NCBI GenBank assembly: GCA_963728205.1
Contig: CAVSIV010000006.1
Coordinates: forward strand, 928,001 to 992,000
DNA: 64,000 bases
Direction: 5' to 3'
Source: an uncultured Chloroflexia bacterium
GTDB taxonomy: Bacteria; Chloroflexota; Dehalococcoidia; UBA2979
Position numbers and translations under genes: made by a program. The notes under the pieces were generated by a model. The model did no database searches. It had not been told where the DNA came from and was given only the letters and a program-made list of their open reading frames with translations. Below, one piece after another: positions 29,121 through 39,565 of the stretch. The first letter of the stretch is position 1; each line of letters opens with the position of its first letter.

Positions 29121-29362
29121 GTGATCTCGCCCGGCCGGCGCGCCGCCGCGCCACCGGATGCGGCGGTCGTGGCCATCGCGGAGCGGTCGCGCGCTCGCCG
29201 GGCCACGCGCCTCGCGTCAGGCGGCACGGGCGCAGGCGGTCGGACCGCACCGCTTCCCGGCTTGCTGCCGGTAGCGCCAGCGAATGCGTTATAGTGCCGC
29301 CCGCACGCGAGCGGCACCGGCGTCCCGCCGGCCGTAGCAGAGCACGACGAGGAGGGTGCAGC

Positions 29363-29839
29363 TTGGTCACGGAACTCCCTGACCTGACCGACGAAATGAA
29401 GGCCGCCATCGGCCGCCCCGGCCCGGCGACGACCTACGAGGTGACGACGCTCGGCATCCGCACGTTCGGACGGGCCGTCGGCTACAAGAACCCCATCTAC
29501 TTCGACGAGGCGGCCGCGAAGGCCAAGGGCCACCGCGGGCTCGTCGCACCGCCGGGCTACCTCGGCATGCCGGTCTTCGACCCGAACCGCCAGGAGGCCG
29601 CGCGTCGCCCGGACTTCCAGACGCCGTTCAAGCGGAACCTCAACGGCGGCACCGAGGTCGAGCCCATCGAGCACGTCTACGCCGGCGACGTCCTCGACGC
29701 CGTGACGACCCTCACGAACCTCGAGCTCACTCGCGGGCGCCTGGGCCAGATGCTCGTCCGCACGTCCGAGACCGTGTACACGCGCAAGTCCGACGGCAAG
29801 GTCGTCGCGAAGACGCGCGGCACCGGCCTCTCCTACTAG
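29363..29839 (+). CDS. MaoC dehydratase N-terminal/FAS1-like domain protein
   Basis: GIRTFGRAVG..NPIYFD..AA...G..GLVAPP...LNGG. GGAGG RBS before TTG. Confidence 0.88.
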   Translation: MVTELPDLTDEMKAAIGRPGPATTYEVTTLGIRTFGRAVGYKNPIYFDEAAAKAKGHRGLVAPPGYLGMPVFDPNRQEAARRPDFQTPFKRNLNGGTEVEPIEHVYAGDVLDAVTTLTNLELTRGRLGQMLVRTSETVYTRKSDGKVVAKTRGTGLSY

Positions 29840-29858
29840 CGGCGCGGAGGAAGACACC

Positions 29859-30287
29859 ATGGCACAGGTCTACTGGGACGACGTCACCGAGGGCCAGGAG
29901 ATCCCGGCCCTCGACGAGGAGTTCAGCTCGCAGCGGCTCGTGGTCTGGGCCGCCGCGTCAGGCGACTTCTACCAGATCCACTACGACGACAACTTCGCGA
30001 AGGGCAACAACCTCCCCGACATCATCGTCCACGGGGCGCTGAAGGGGATGCTCGTCGGCCGCGTCATCGACGAGTGGGTCGGCGACGAGGGCCGCATCGT
30101 GAAGTGGGGCGTCTCGTACCGCGGGATGGACCCGGCGCGCCAGAACATCAAGGTCTGGGGCAAGGTCACGAAGAAGTACGAGCAGAACGGCGAAGGCATG
30201 GTCGACCTCGAGGTCGGCTGCCAGCAGCCCAACGGCACGCAGACGACGCCGGGGACGGCGACGGTGGTGCTGCCGAAGAAGAAGTAG
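29859..30287 (+). CDS. MaoC-family dehydratase
   Basis: WAAASGDFYQIHYD...IIVHG motif. Confidence 0.9.
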   Translation: MAQVYWDDVTEGQEIPALDEEFSSQRLVVWAAASGDFYQIHYDDNFAKGNNLPDIIVHGALKGMLVGRVIDEWVGDEGRIVKWGVSYRGMDPARQNIKVWGKVTKKYEQNGEGMVDLEVGCQQPNGTQTTPGTATVVLPKKK

Positions 30288-30325
30288 CCTCGCCGGCGCG
30301 ACGCGCGCCACCGCGGAAGTACCCC

Positions 30326-30660
30326 GAAGCCCGGCCGTCGTGCCGGGCTTCGCGCTGCCCGCGCGCTTCGCCCGGGCGATGCGTCAGGCTGAGAGCCACC
30401 CCCAGTTCAGCGCGAACAGCGCGAGCGCCACGATGAGGCTCACCTCGGCTCGGCGTACCCAGCGCGCGTCGCCGCCCACGATCCAGGTTCCGCACGCGAC
30501 AGCCGCGACGAACAGCGCCGCACTCGCCAGCAGGACGACGAAGATCCGCACGGGACACCTCGCCACGACGGTAGTCCGCCCGGCGGCCGCGCTGCAGGGA
30601 CCTTCGTCGCCCATCGCACCGTTCGAGGACAAGAGGAAGCCCGGCACGAAGGCCGGGCTC
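30326..30660. repeat. Pair of near-identical ~25-bp palindromes in opposite orientation (REP-like)
   Basis: 30326-30351 GAAGCCCGGCCGTCGTGCCGGGCTTC. 30636-30660 GAAGCCCGGCACGAAGGCCGGGCTC is close to the reverse complement of the first. Confidence 0.7.
30384..30551 (-). CDS. Possible small 2-TM membrane protein
   Basis: Hydrophobic ORF VRIFVVLLASAALFVAAVACG...VSLIVALALFALNWGWLSA. Start uncertain. Confidence 0.4.
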   Translation of the reverse strand: MRIFVVLLASAALFVAAVACGTWIVGGDARWVRRAEVSLIVALALFALNWGWLSA

Positions 30661-30683
30661 CAGCGTTGCGCGACGCGATGCCG

Positions 30684-32153
30684 CTAGCCGAAGAGCACCC
30701 GCGTCGCGCGGTCGGCCATCGTGTACAGCGGCGCCGCATACACGCCGACGAAGATGACCCCGGCGAACAGCGCGCCCGTCGTGAGGTAGCCGGTCGGCGA
30801 GAGCCGCCAGCGCGCCGGGTCGCCGTTCGGCTGGTACAGGTACATCTGCTTGATCACGCCAAGGTAATAGTAGAGCGACAGGGTGCTCGCGATCACGGCC
30901 GTCGTCGACAGCCAGAGGAAGCCCTGCTGCGCCGTCGACGTGAAGAGGAAGAACTTGGTGAGGAAGCCGGCGAGCAGCGGCATCCCGGCGAGGGAGAAGA
31001 GCCCGGTCGTGATTACCAGCGCGAGCCACGGGTTCGTCTGCGCAAGGCCGCGGAAGCCGCTGATCTCCTCGGTGCCGGTGCGGTTGTAGAAGGCGATCAC
31101 CGCCATGAAGACGGCGAGGTTCGTGATCAGGTACCCGCCGAGGTGCAGCAGCAGCGCCGACGCCGAGCCCTGCGACACGGTCGTGATCGCCATCAGCATG
31201 AAACCGACCTGGCCGATCGACGAGTAGGCCAGCAGTCGCTTGATGTTGTGCTGCTGCATCGCGACGAGGTTGCCGAGCGCCATGGTCATCACGGCGATCA
31301 CGGCGATCATCCACTGCCAGTCGTGCAGCGCCGGCAGCAGCGGCCCGGAGAACCACCGCAGGAACAGCGCGAGCACCGCGGCCTTCGAGGTCGCCGAGAT
31401 GTACGCCGTCACGGGGAGCGGCGCTCCCTCGTAGGCGTCGGGCGTGTACATGTGGAACGGCACGGCCGACGCCTTGAAGCCGAGGCCCGAGATGATCAGC
31501 ACGAGCCCGAGCAGCAGCGGCATCGTCACGTCGTGCGCCGGCTTTGCTGCCAGCGCCGTCGCGATCTCCGCGTACTGCGTCGACCCCGCAACGCCGTAGA
31601 GCAGACTCAATCCGTAGAGGAGCATCGCCGACGCGACGCCGCCCAGCAGCGCGTACTTCAACGCCGCCTCGCCGGAGCGGCGGTCGTTCCGCGCGAGCGA
31701 GACCATCACATAGACGGAGAACGACAGCACCTCGATCGCGATGTACGCCGTCAGCAGGTCGCGGGCCGCGGCCATGTAGATGGCGCCGATCGTCGACAGC
31801 AGCAGCAGCGCGTAGAACTCGCCGATGTGCCCGATGTGCCGCTCCACGTATTCGTGCGAGCCGAGGATCACGACGATCGCCACCGCGATGAACATGACGC
31901 GGAAGAAGGTCGTGTAGTTGTCGACGGTGATCAGGCGCTCGAAGTCGCGGTTCGCGTCGATCCAGAGCAGGCTCACGACGCCCGCGGCGACGAGCCCGAG
32001 CACCGCGAGCCACGGGAGCACGCGGCGGCCGATGCGGAGCTCGTCGCGAAACGCGTCTGCCGCCACGACGATGGCGGCGGTGAGCGCGAGAATGATCTCC
32101 GGCAGGAGCAGCTCGTACTGGAAGTTCAGCGAGTTGCCCAGGGCGTCCGTCAC
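30684..32153 (-). CDS. nuoN: NADH-quinone oxidoreductase subunit N
   Basis: EAALKY, FKASAVPFHMYTPDAYEGAP, KRLLAYSSI. Confidence 0.95.
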   Translation of the reverse strand: MTDALGNSLNFQYELLLPEIILALTAAIVVAADAFRDELRIGRRVLPWLAVLGLVAAGVVSLLWIDANRDFERLITVDNYTTFFRVMFIAVAIVVILGSHEYVERHIGHIGEFYALLLLSTIGAIYMAAARDLLTAYIAIEVLSFSVYVMVSLARNDRRSGEAALKYALLGGVASAMLLYGLSLLYGVAGSTQYAEIATALAAKPAHDVTMPLLLGLVLIISGLGFKASAVPFHMYTPDAYEGAPLPVTAYISATSKAAVLALFLRWFSGPLLPALHDWQWMIAVIAVMTMALGNLVAMQQHNIKRLLAYSSIGQVGFMLMAITTVSQGSASALLLHLGGYLITNLAVFMAVIAFYNRTGTEEISGFRGLAQTNPWLALVITTGLFSLAGMPLLAGFLTKFFLFTSTAQQGFLWLSTTAVIASTLSLYYYLGVIKQMYLYQPNGDPARWRLSPTGYLTTGALFAGVIFVGVYAAPLYTMADRATRVLFG

Positions 32154-32202
32154 CGCGCGTCTCCTCTGATCTGTGCCGTCATCGCGCCTCGCTCGCCTGC
32201 AC

Positions 32203-33693
32203 CTACAGGTGGATGCCGGGGATCGACTGGATGATGGTCGGCGAGATGCGATCGATCCACAGCGCCGGCCACAGGCCGAGCAGCAGGATGGTGCCGGCGA
32301 GCACGGTGGCCCCGGCGCGCTCCGTCCACGTGATCTCGGACAGCCCGCTCCAGTTCGGGTTCAACTCCCCGAAGAACGCGGTCGAGAACATGCGCAGCAG
32401 GTAGGTCGCCGTGATGGCAGCCGTCATCACCGCCAGTCCGCCGACCACCGGGTACGCGCGGAACGCTCCGATGAAGATGTGGAGCTCGGCAACGAACCCA
32501 GACAGTCCGGGCAACCCGAGCGACGCCAGTCCCGCGAGCACGAAGAAGATCGCCCAGATCGGCATTTGCCGCGCCATGCCCGAGAAGTGCGGGATCTCGC
32601 GGTCATGCGACTGGTCGTACATGCCACCGATCAGCAGGAAGAAGAGGGCCGTCATCACCCCGTGCGCGAACATCTGCAGCACGGCGCCGTTCCACCCGAT
32701 CACGTTCAGCGTGCCGAGTCCCAGGAACACGTATCCCATGTGCGAGACGGACGAGAAGCCGGTCATCAGCTTGAGGTCCGTCTGCCGCAGCGCCGAGATC
32801 GCACCGTAGAGCGCCGCCGTCACGCCGACGAAGATCAGGCCGGGCGCCCAGAACGCCGCACCCTGCGGCATCATCTGGAACCCCAGCCGGATGATGCCGA
32901 AGGCGCCGAGCTTCATCAGTACGCCTGCATGCAGCATCGACACCGCGGTCGGGGCCGCCGCGTGGCCGTCCGGCGACCACGAGTGGAACGGGAACATGCC
33001 GCCCAGCGTGCCGCACCCCACGGCGATGAACGGGAAGAAGATCTTCTGGAACGTGGGATCGAAGTGCGCGCCGAAGTAGCGCGTCATGTCGAACGTCCCG
33101 GCGCCGAGCTGCGTGAACATCGCGAAGATCGCCGTGAAGATGAGGATGGAGCCGGCGACCAGCATCATCATCAGCTTCATCGCGCCGTACTCCTTGCGGG
33201 TGGACCCCCACACCGCGATCAGGAGGTACATCGGCAGCAGCGCCGTCTCGTAGAGGAAGAACCAGAAGAAGAGGTCGAGCATCACGAAGGTGCCGTACAC
33301 GCCGGCGACCAGGATGTAGAGGAGGATGAAGAAGTCTTTCATCCGGTCCTGGATCTTCCAGGACACCCACGTCCCCGCGAGGATCACGATGCCGGTGAGC
33401 AGCACCATGATCGCCGAGATGCCGTCCACGCCGACCTTCAGCTGCATGCCCTTCGGGCCGAGCAGGCCGACGTTCTCCATCCACGTGAAGGCCAGCACGC
33501 CCTGGAACTGCTCGCCGTGGAACGAGTACTTCGCGAAGACGTAGACCGAGAGCGCGAACATGGCGAGGCTCGCGAGCGCCGTGATCCCGATGATCGCGGC
33601 GCGCTCGCGCGACGGCGTGACCATCAGCAGCAGCCCCGTCGCCAGCGGGATGAGGAAGAGCGCTATCAGGACGTAGCCGTCGGACTGGGTCAT
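32203..33693 (-). CDS. nuoM: NADH-quinone oxidoreductase subunit M
   Basis: VDGIS, FPFHSWSPDGHAAAPT, LMKLGAFG, GLPGLSGFVAE. Confidence 0.95.
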   Translation of the reverse strand: MTQSDGYVLIALFLIPLATGLLLMVTPSRERAAIIGITALASLAMFALSVYVFAKYSFHGEQFQGVLAFTWMENVGLLGPKGMQLKVGVDGISAIMVLLTGIVILAGTWVSWKIQDRMKDFFILLYILVAGVYGTFVMLDLFFWFFLYETALLPMYLLIAVWGSTRKEYGAMKLMMMLVAGSILIFTAIFAMFTQLGAGTFDMTRYFGAHFDPTFQKIFFPFIAVGCGTLGGMFPFHSWSPDGHAAAPTAVSMLHAGVLMKLGAFGIIRLGFQMMPQGAAFWAPGLIFVGVTAALYGAISALRQTDLKLMTGFSSVSHMGYVFLGLGTLNVIGWNGAVLQMFAHGVMTALFFLLIGGMYDQSHDREIPHFSGMARQMPIWAIFFVLAGLASLGLPGLSGFVAELHIFIGAFRAYPVVGGLAVMTAAITATYLLRMFSTAFFGELNPNWSGLSEITWTERAGATVLAGTILLLGLWPALWIDRISPTIIQSIPGIHL

Positions 33694-33714
33694 CGCTCCC
33701 TCTCGTCGCTCTCG

Positions 33715-35622
33715 TTACACCCGGCTGAAGGCAAGCAGGACCAGCGCGGTCATGCCCACCCCCATCGCAAGCGCGTAGTTCGGGATGCGTCCCGTCTGTA
33801 GGAACTTCAACCGGTAGCCGAAGTACCCGAGCGTCTGCGCACCGCCGTCGACGCCGGTCTCGTTCACCACGTGCTTGTCGAACCACGCCACCACCGCGGC
33901 CAGGCCGAGCACGACGCGGTTGATCAGCGACTGGTACAGGTCGTCCATGTAGTACCGCCGCACCAGCAGCTGGTACAGCTCCGGCGCCCACTGCCGCGCC
34001 CGCACTGCCCGCTCGCCGGTGCCCCACCAGTACGCGAAGGCAATGCCGATCGACGCGAGCGCCACCGTCGTCGCCGCACCCGCGAGCACCCAGTCGAGAT
34101 GGAACGCCTCGGGCGCCTCGAGGAACACCAGCTGTCCGATACCGCCGGCGAAGCCCAGCGCCCGCCCCACCTGGTCGATGGCGAAGAAGCCGGCCACCGT
34201 CGACAGCGTCGCGAGCAGGATCAGCGGCCCCGTCATCACCGGCGGCGACTCGTGCGCGTGCTCGTACGCGTGCTGGTTCTTCGGCTGGCCCCAGAACGTG
34301 AGCAGGATCAGGCGCGTCGTGTAGAGCGCCGTCAGCGCCGCGGCGAACGCCAGCAGGATGTACACCACCAGCGGACCGCCGTGCAGCGTGGCGTTGAGAA
34401 TCTCGTCCTTCGACCAGAACCCCGCGAAGATCGGCACCCCGGACAGCGCCAGTCCCGCGATGACGAAGGTCGTGGTCGTGATCGGCAGCTTCTTCCGCAG
34501 CCCGCCGAGCTGGTCCACGGTCTGGTGCTCCGTCGCGTGGATCACCGAACCTGAGCCGAGGAACAGCAGCGACTTGAAGAACGCGTGCGCGAGGAGGTGG
34601 AACATCGCTGCCCCTACCGCCCCGACGCCCAGCGCGACGAACATGAATCCCAGCTGCGACACGGTCGAATACGCCAGCACGCGCTTGATGTCGGCCTCGA
34701 CGACCGCCATCGACGCCGCGAGCAGCGCGGTAATGAGACCGATGTACATGACGACGTCGCGCGCGACCAGCGCGTGCGCGTAGGCCGGCGAGAAGCGCGC
34801 GACCAGGTACACGCCGGCGACCACCATCGTCGCGGCATGGATCAGGGCGCTGACCGGCGTCGGGCCTTCCATCGCGTCGGGCAGCCACACGTGCAGCGGG
34901 AACTGCGCCGACTTGCCGGCAGCGCCGGCGAACAGGAACAACAACGACACCGTGAGATACGTCTGCCCGACCGCGCCGCTCTCGACGGCGTGGAGGATCT
35001 GCTGGATGTCGAACGTCCCCGTCGCGCGCCACAGCAGGATGATGCCGATCAGGAGGCCGACGTCGCCGATGCGGGTCGTAATGAACGCCTTCTTCGCGGC
35101 CTCGGCCGCGGATTGGCGCTCCCAGTAGAAGCCGATCAGCAGGTAGGACGCGATGCCCACGCCCTCCCACGCGAGGTAGAGCTGAATGAGGTTGCCGGCG
35201 ATCACCAGGGTGAGCATCGCCGCCGTGAAGAAGGCCAGCATCGAGAAGTACCAGCCGTACCGCGGCTCACCGTGCATGTAGCCGACGGAGTAGATCATCA
35301 CCATCAGCGCCACGATCGAGACGACGGAGATCATGACCATCGTGATCGCGTCGACGTAGGTGCTGAACTGGATCGTGAAGAAGTTCGTGCCGATCGTGAT
35401 CCAGTCGAACGAGAAGACGTTGTTCCCGTTCGGGCTGAAGTGGCCGCCCGCGAACGAGCGCTGGAAGTCGATCAGCACGATCGCCGCGATGACGACGACC
35501 GCGAGCATGCCGAGGATCGCCAGCCAGTCACCCCGCCGCGGGATCATGCGGTTGAAGAGCGCGACCACGACGAAGACGGCGGCCAGGATCGCCGGGAGCA
35601 ACCAGACCTGCTCCATGCCCAT
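33715..35622 (-). CDS. nuoL: NADH-quinone oxidoreductase subunit L
   Basis: GKSAQFPLHVWLPDAMEGPTPVSALIHAATMV, HAFFKSLLFL. Confidence 0.96.
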   Translation of the reverse strand: MGMEQVWLLPAILAAVFVVVALFNRMIPRRGDWLAILGMLAVVVIAAIVLIDFQRSFAGGHFSPNGNNVFSFDWITIGTNFFTIQFSTYVDAITMVMISVVSIVALMVMIYSVGYMHGEPRYGWYFSMLAFFTAAMLTLVIAGNLIQLYLAWEGVGIASYLLIGFYWERQSAAEAAKKAFITTRIGDVGLLIGIILLWRATGTFDIQQILHAVESGAVGQTYLTVSLLFLFAGAAGKSAQFPLHVWLPDAMEGPTPVSALIHAATMVVAGVYLVARFSPAYAHALVARDVVMYIGLITALLAASMAVVEADIKRVLAYSTVSQLGFMFVALGVGAVGAAMFHLLAHAFFKSLLFLGSGSVIHATEHQTVDQLGGLRKKLPITTTTFVIAGLALSGVPIFAGFWSKDEILNATLHGGPLVVYILLAFAAALTALYTTRLILLTFWGQPKNQHAYEHAHESPPVMTGPLILLATLSTVAGFFAIDQVGRALGFAGGIGQLVFLEAPEAFHLDWVLAGAATTVALASIGIAFAYWWGTGERAVRARQWAPELYQLLVRRYYMDDLYQSLINRVVLGLAAVVAWFDKHVVNETGVDGGAQTLGYFGYRLKFLQTGRIPNYALAMGVGMTALVLLAFSRV

Positions 35623-35762
35623 GTGGCCGCTCCCCTTCGCCTTCCGCCCGACGACCCGCCGCGCGGTCGCCCCGTTCGCACCGGTGCGGCCGGCAATGCC
35701 GGCCGCGTATCCCGCCTGCTAGCTCACACGCGCCGCGGCGTGAACGCCGCGCGCCGGTCGAC

Positions 35763-36071
35763 TTACCACTTGAGCTCGTCGACCTCGTCGACGTTCACGG
35801 TCCGCCGCTCGCGGAAGATCCGCAGCACGATGCCGAGCGCCAGGCCGACCTCTGCCGCGGCAACGGTGATCACGAACAGCGCGAAGATCGCGCCGCTGAA
35901 CCCCTTCGGGTCGAGATACGTCGCGAACGTGACGAAGTTGATGGAGGCGCCGGCGAGCATCAACTCGACGGCGATGAGGATGAGGATGGCGCTGCGGCGC
36001 GCGAGCACGCCGTAGAAGCCGATCGCGAACAGCACCGCGGAGAGCAGCAGGAAGTCCTGCATCGGGATCAT
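35763..36071 (-). CDS. nuoK: NADH-quinone oxidoreductase subunit K
   Basis: AVELML, VAAAEVGLAL. Confidence 0.95.
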   Translation of the reverse strand: MIPMQDFLLLSAVLFAIGFYGVLARRSAILILIAVELMLAGASINFVTFATYLDPKGFSGAIFALFVITVAAAEVGLALGIVLRIFRERRTVNVDEVDELKW

Positions 36072-36694
36072 CAGCGCGCCCCTTCGCCCTGCGCCGGCTG
36101 GCCCGTCGGCACCATCTCGTCCTCGTCGCGCGCGCGCCGCGCGTTGACGAAGGCGCCGGTCAGCGCGATGTCGAGCAGCACGGCCACGAGGATGATCGGC
36201 ACGAGGAAGTCCCGGAAGAGACGCGTCCCGAAGGCCTGGAACGCGACGATGTTCGCGACGTGGCTGCCCCACGTTGCGTCGAGCACGCCGGCGACGAAGA
36301 CGCCCCCGATGAGCAGCGCGATCCCGAACGCGAACGGCTTCTGCGAGCCGTCGGTGACGACCGGGTCGTCCTGGGCGTTGGTGAGCATGAGACCGAAGAG
36401 GAGCAGGATCACGACCCCGCCGCCGTAGACGAGCACCTGCACCAGCGCGATGAACTCGTTCGCGAGGAGCAGATAGATGCCGGCCACGCCGAGCAGCGTG
36501 GCGACGAGCGCGAGCGCCGCGTGCACGAGGTTGCGCATCGAGACGGCCGCGACGGCGCCGAGCACCACGACGGCCGCGTCCATCCAGAACACGAGCTCGG
36601 CAGCGGAGATGCGGCTCGCCAGGAGCAGCACCACCAGCACCGCAACGATCGGCAGGCCGACCAGCGCGGCAATCACCGTGCCCTGGACGATCAC
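36071..36694 (-). CDS. nuoJ: NADH-quinone oxidoreductase subunit J
   Basis: RNLVHAAL, AEFIALVQVLVYGGG-type motif. Possible extra N-terminal TM; start approximate. Confidence 0.9.
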   Translation of the reverse strand: MIVQGTVIAALVGLPIVAVLVVLLLASRISAAELVFWMDAAVVVLGAVAAVSMRNLVHAALALVATLLGVAGIYLLLANEFIALVQVLVYGGGVVILLLFGLMLTNAQDDPVVTDGSQKPFAFGIALLIGGVFVAGVLDATWGSHVANIVAFQAFGTRLFRDFLVPIILVAVLLDIALTGAFVNARRARDEDEMVPTGQPAQGEGAR

Positions 36695-36849
36695 GCGGTC
36701 GAACTGCGACGGGAGCGGAAGTCGGTCGAGCAAGCGGTCCCTCTGTCCCCCCGGTGACCGGTTCCCCCGCGGGAGCCCGGCTCGTCCTCGTCCGGCGCTA
36801 GTCTGACCGGCTGCGCGCAGTGCGCAACCCCCGGCCACCCTCTCGCGCG

Positions 36850-37320
36850 CTAGTCCGCGACCCATTCCTTGATGTCGCCCGCGCGACTCTGCGATAGCAG
36901 CTGCTGCAGGTCGAACACGAGATCCGTGCGGTCGTACACCGAGAGCTCGTGCCCCTGCCACGTGTTGTTCATCGCAATCGCGTCGAAATTGCACACCTCG
37001 ACGCAGACGTTGCAGCGCATGCAGCGCGCGTAATCGATCCAGAACTTGTCGATGATCTTGCGGCGGCTCGAGGTCCCGCCCATCGACTTGTGGTTGGGGT
37101 TGTCCTTCATCAGGACGGTCATGCACTCCACCGGGCAGGCGCGCTCGCAGGCGTGGCAGCCCGTGCAGAACGGCTCGTCGATGCCGTGGTCCCAGAGCAG
37201 CAACGGGAACGCGCGGTCGCGTTCCGGCAGTGCGCGGTGTCGCTCCGGGTATTCACGGGTGACCGGTCGACGCGCAAACGTCGACAGGGTCGTGAGCATG
37301 CTCTTCGCGATCCCTCTCAC
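36850..37320 (-). CDS. nuoI: NADH-quinone oxidoreductase subunit I
   Basis: Two 4Fe-4S motifs, CTGCHACERACP and CMRCNVCVEVC. Confidence 0.93.
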   Translation of the reverse strand: MRGIAKSMLTTLSTFARRPVTREYPERHRALPERDRAFPLLLWDHGIDEPFCTGCHACERACPVECMTVLMKDNPNHKSMGGTSSRRKIIDKFWIDYARCMRCNVCVEVCNFDAIAMNNTWQGHELSVYDRTDLVFDLQQLLSQSRAGDIKEWVAD

Positions 37321-38438
37321 GGGGCAGCCTCGCTTCCTGCCAGCACCGCCGCCGGGCGGGAGCGCGGGCGGCGCACGGACAGGTCGGTCACACGGAACAG
37401 CACAGCGAGCCCGATCAGCCCGGTGATGAGCAGCAGGATGTCCGGCCACCCGTACACGAGCACCGCGCCGTTCACGAGGACCTGCGCCAGCATCAGCGGC
37501 AGCAGCACCTTCCACGAGAACGCCATCAACTGGTCGATGCGCAGGCGCGGCACCGACGCGCGGACCCAGAAGACCAGGAAGATCAGGCCGCCCGTCTTCG
37601 CGCTGATCAGGATCAGCTGCCACCACCGGCCGACGCGCTCGCCCAGCGGCCACGCATAGCCACCGAGAAACACCGACGCGCCGATCAGGCACAGGATGAA
37701 CAGGGCCGCGTACTCGGCGAGGAAGAACATCGACCACCGGATGCCCGAGTACTCGATGAACGGTCCGCCCACGACCTCCGACTCGCCGACCGGGATGTCG
37801 AAGGGCGGACGGTTCAACTCCGCGAGCGCCGCGATGATGAAAATCAGGAACGCCATCGGCTCCCAGACCACGAACGGCACGCGGCCCTGCGCCAGCACGA
37901 TGGTGTTGAGGTTCAGCGAGTTCGCGACCATCGCCACGGCCAGCAGCGACAGCACGAGCGGCAGCTCGTACGAGATGCCCTGGGCGGCGGCGCGCATGCC
38001 GCCGATCATCGCGTAGCGGTTGTCGGAGCCCCAGCCCGCCATCACCCAGCCCACGATGTTCACGGATGACACCGCGAGGAAGTAGAGCAGCCCGAGGTCA
38101 AGCAGCCGGATGTGCCAGCCGACCATGTACGGCAGGACGATGAAGCCGAGGAAGATCGGCACGAACACCGCGAACGGCGCCAGCTCGAACGACCAGGGGT
38201 CGGCGGAGTCCGGTCGCAGGTCTTCCTTGCCGACGAGCTTCAGCGCGTCGGCCAGCGACTGCAGCATGCCGAGCGGGCCTGTGCGCGTCGGACCGAGTCG
38301 CATCTGGAAGCGCGCGAGGATCTTGCGCTCGAGGTAGATCAGCGCCATCACCGTCACGGTCATGAACCCGACGGTGAGCGCCACGCGGATGAGGCCGTCC
38401 CACCACGCGTTGCTGAGCCCGAAGATGCCGCTCGTCAT
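37317..38438 (-). CDS. nuoH: NADH-quinone oxidoreductase subunit H
   Basis: ERKILARFQMRLGP, AELNRPPFDIP, RLRIDQLM. Confidence 0.95.
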   Translation of the reverse strand: MTSGIFGLSNAWWDGLIRVALTVGFMTVTVMALIYLERKILARFQMRLGPTRTGPLGMLQSLADALKLVGKEDLRPDSADPWSFELAPFAVFVPIFLGFIVLPYMVGWHIRLLDLGLLYFLAVSSVNIVGWVMAGWGSDNRYAMIGGMRAAAQGISYELPLVLSLLAVAMVANSLNLNTIVLAQGRVPFVVWEPMAFLIFIIAALAELNRPPFDIPVGESEVVGGPFIEYSGIRWSMFFLAEYAALFILCLIGASVFLGGYAWPLGERVGRWWQLILISAKTGGLIFLVFWVRASVPRLRIDQLMAFSWKVLLPLMLAQVLVNGAVLVYGWPDILLLITGLIGLAVLFRVTDLSVRRPRSRPAAVLAGSEAAP

Positions 38439-39565
38439 CGGTCGCACTCCCCGAGCACGATGTCCAGGGAGCCGAGGATGATGACCGCGTCGGCCACGTA
38501 TTGGCCCACCGTCATGTCCCGCAGCGCCTGCAGGTTGGAGAGGCACGCCGACCGGATCTTCAGCCGGTACGGCCGGTTGCCACCCTTGCTCACCAGGTAG
38601 ATGCCGTACTCGCCCCGCGGCGCCTCGGTGCGGATGTACACCTCGCCCGGCGGCGTGCGCAGCATGCGCGGCATCTTCTCGGGCTGAATCAGCCCGGGCT
38701 CCAGCCGCTCGAGGCACTGCTCGACGATGCGGATCGACTGCCGTATCTCCTCGACGCGGATGATGAAGCGGTCGTACACGTCGCCGTTCGACCCGACCGG
38801 GACCTCGAAGTCGACCTGGTCGTAGTAGAGGTACGGCTCGGTCTTGCGCACGTCGAGCGGGATCCCCGAGGCGCGCAGCGCCGGTCCGCTCATGCCGAAG
38901 TCGATCGCGTCCTCGACCGCTATCGTGCCGATGCCCTTCGTGCGGGCGATGAACACCTCGTTCTCGGTGAGCAGGCCGTCGATGTCCTTGACGCCCTGCT
39001 TCACCTGCGCGAGCACCTCGCGCACGCGGGCCACGAAGTTGTCCGTGACCTCCCAGGCCAGGCCGCCCGGCCGGAAGTACGCGTACATCATGCGGTCGCC
39101 GGCGATCTCCTCGAAGAGGTCCTGCACGGTCTCGCGCTGGATGAACGAATAGGTGAACGCGGTGCCGAACACGCCGACGTCCGTGCCGAAGGCGCCGGTG
39201 AACATGAAGTGGCTCGAGATGCGGTTCAGCTCGCACAGGATCATGCGGATCCACTGCGCGCGCTCCGGGACCTCGATCTCCATGAGCTTCTCGACGGCCA
39301 TCACGTAGGACAGCTCGGCGTTGAAGTTCGCCAGGTATTCGGTGCGGTCCATGAACCCGAGGCCCTGCCGGAAGTCCATCGTCTCGCAGAGCTTCTCGGC
39401 GCCGCGATGCAGGTAGCCGATGTACGGCACGACCTCGCGCACCACCTCGCTGTCGACGGTCAGCACCATGCGGAACACGCCGTGGGTCGACGGGTGTTGG
39501 GGCCCCATGTTGATCATGAGGTCCTGGGTCTCGAACTCCTGCTCGTGGATCTGCGGTGCGACCAC
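38435..39565 (-). CDS. nuoD: NADH-quinone oxidoreductase subunit D
   Basis: NMGPQHPSTHGVFR, GYLHRGAEK, EAPRGE, DIVLGECDR. Confidence 0.96.
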   Translation of the reverse strand: MVAPQIHEQEFETQDLMINMGPQHPSTHGVFRMVLTVDSEVVREVVPYIGYLHRGAEKLCETMDFRQGLGFMDRTEYLANFNAELSYVMAVEKLMEIEVPERAQWIRMILCELNRISSHFMFTGAFGTDVGVFGTAFTYSFIQRETVQDLFEEIAGDRMMYAYFRPGGLAWEVTDNFVARVREVLAQVKQGVKDIDGLLTENEVFIARTKGIGTIAVEDAIDFGMSGPALRASGIPLDVRKTEPYLYYDQVDFEVPVGSNGDVYDRFIIRVEEIRQSIRIVEQCLERLEPGLIQPEKMPRMLRTPPGEVYIRTEAPRGEYGIYLVSKGGNRPYRLKIRSACLSNLQALRDMTVGQYVADAVIILGSLDIVLGECDR

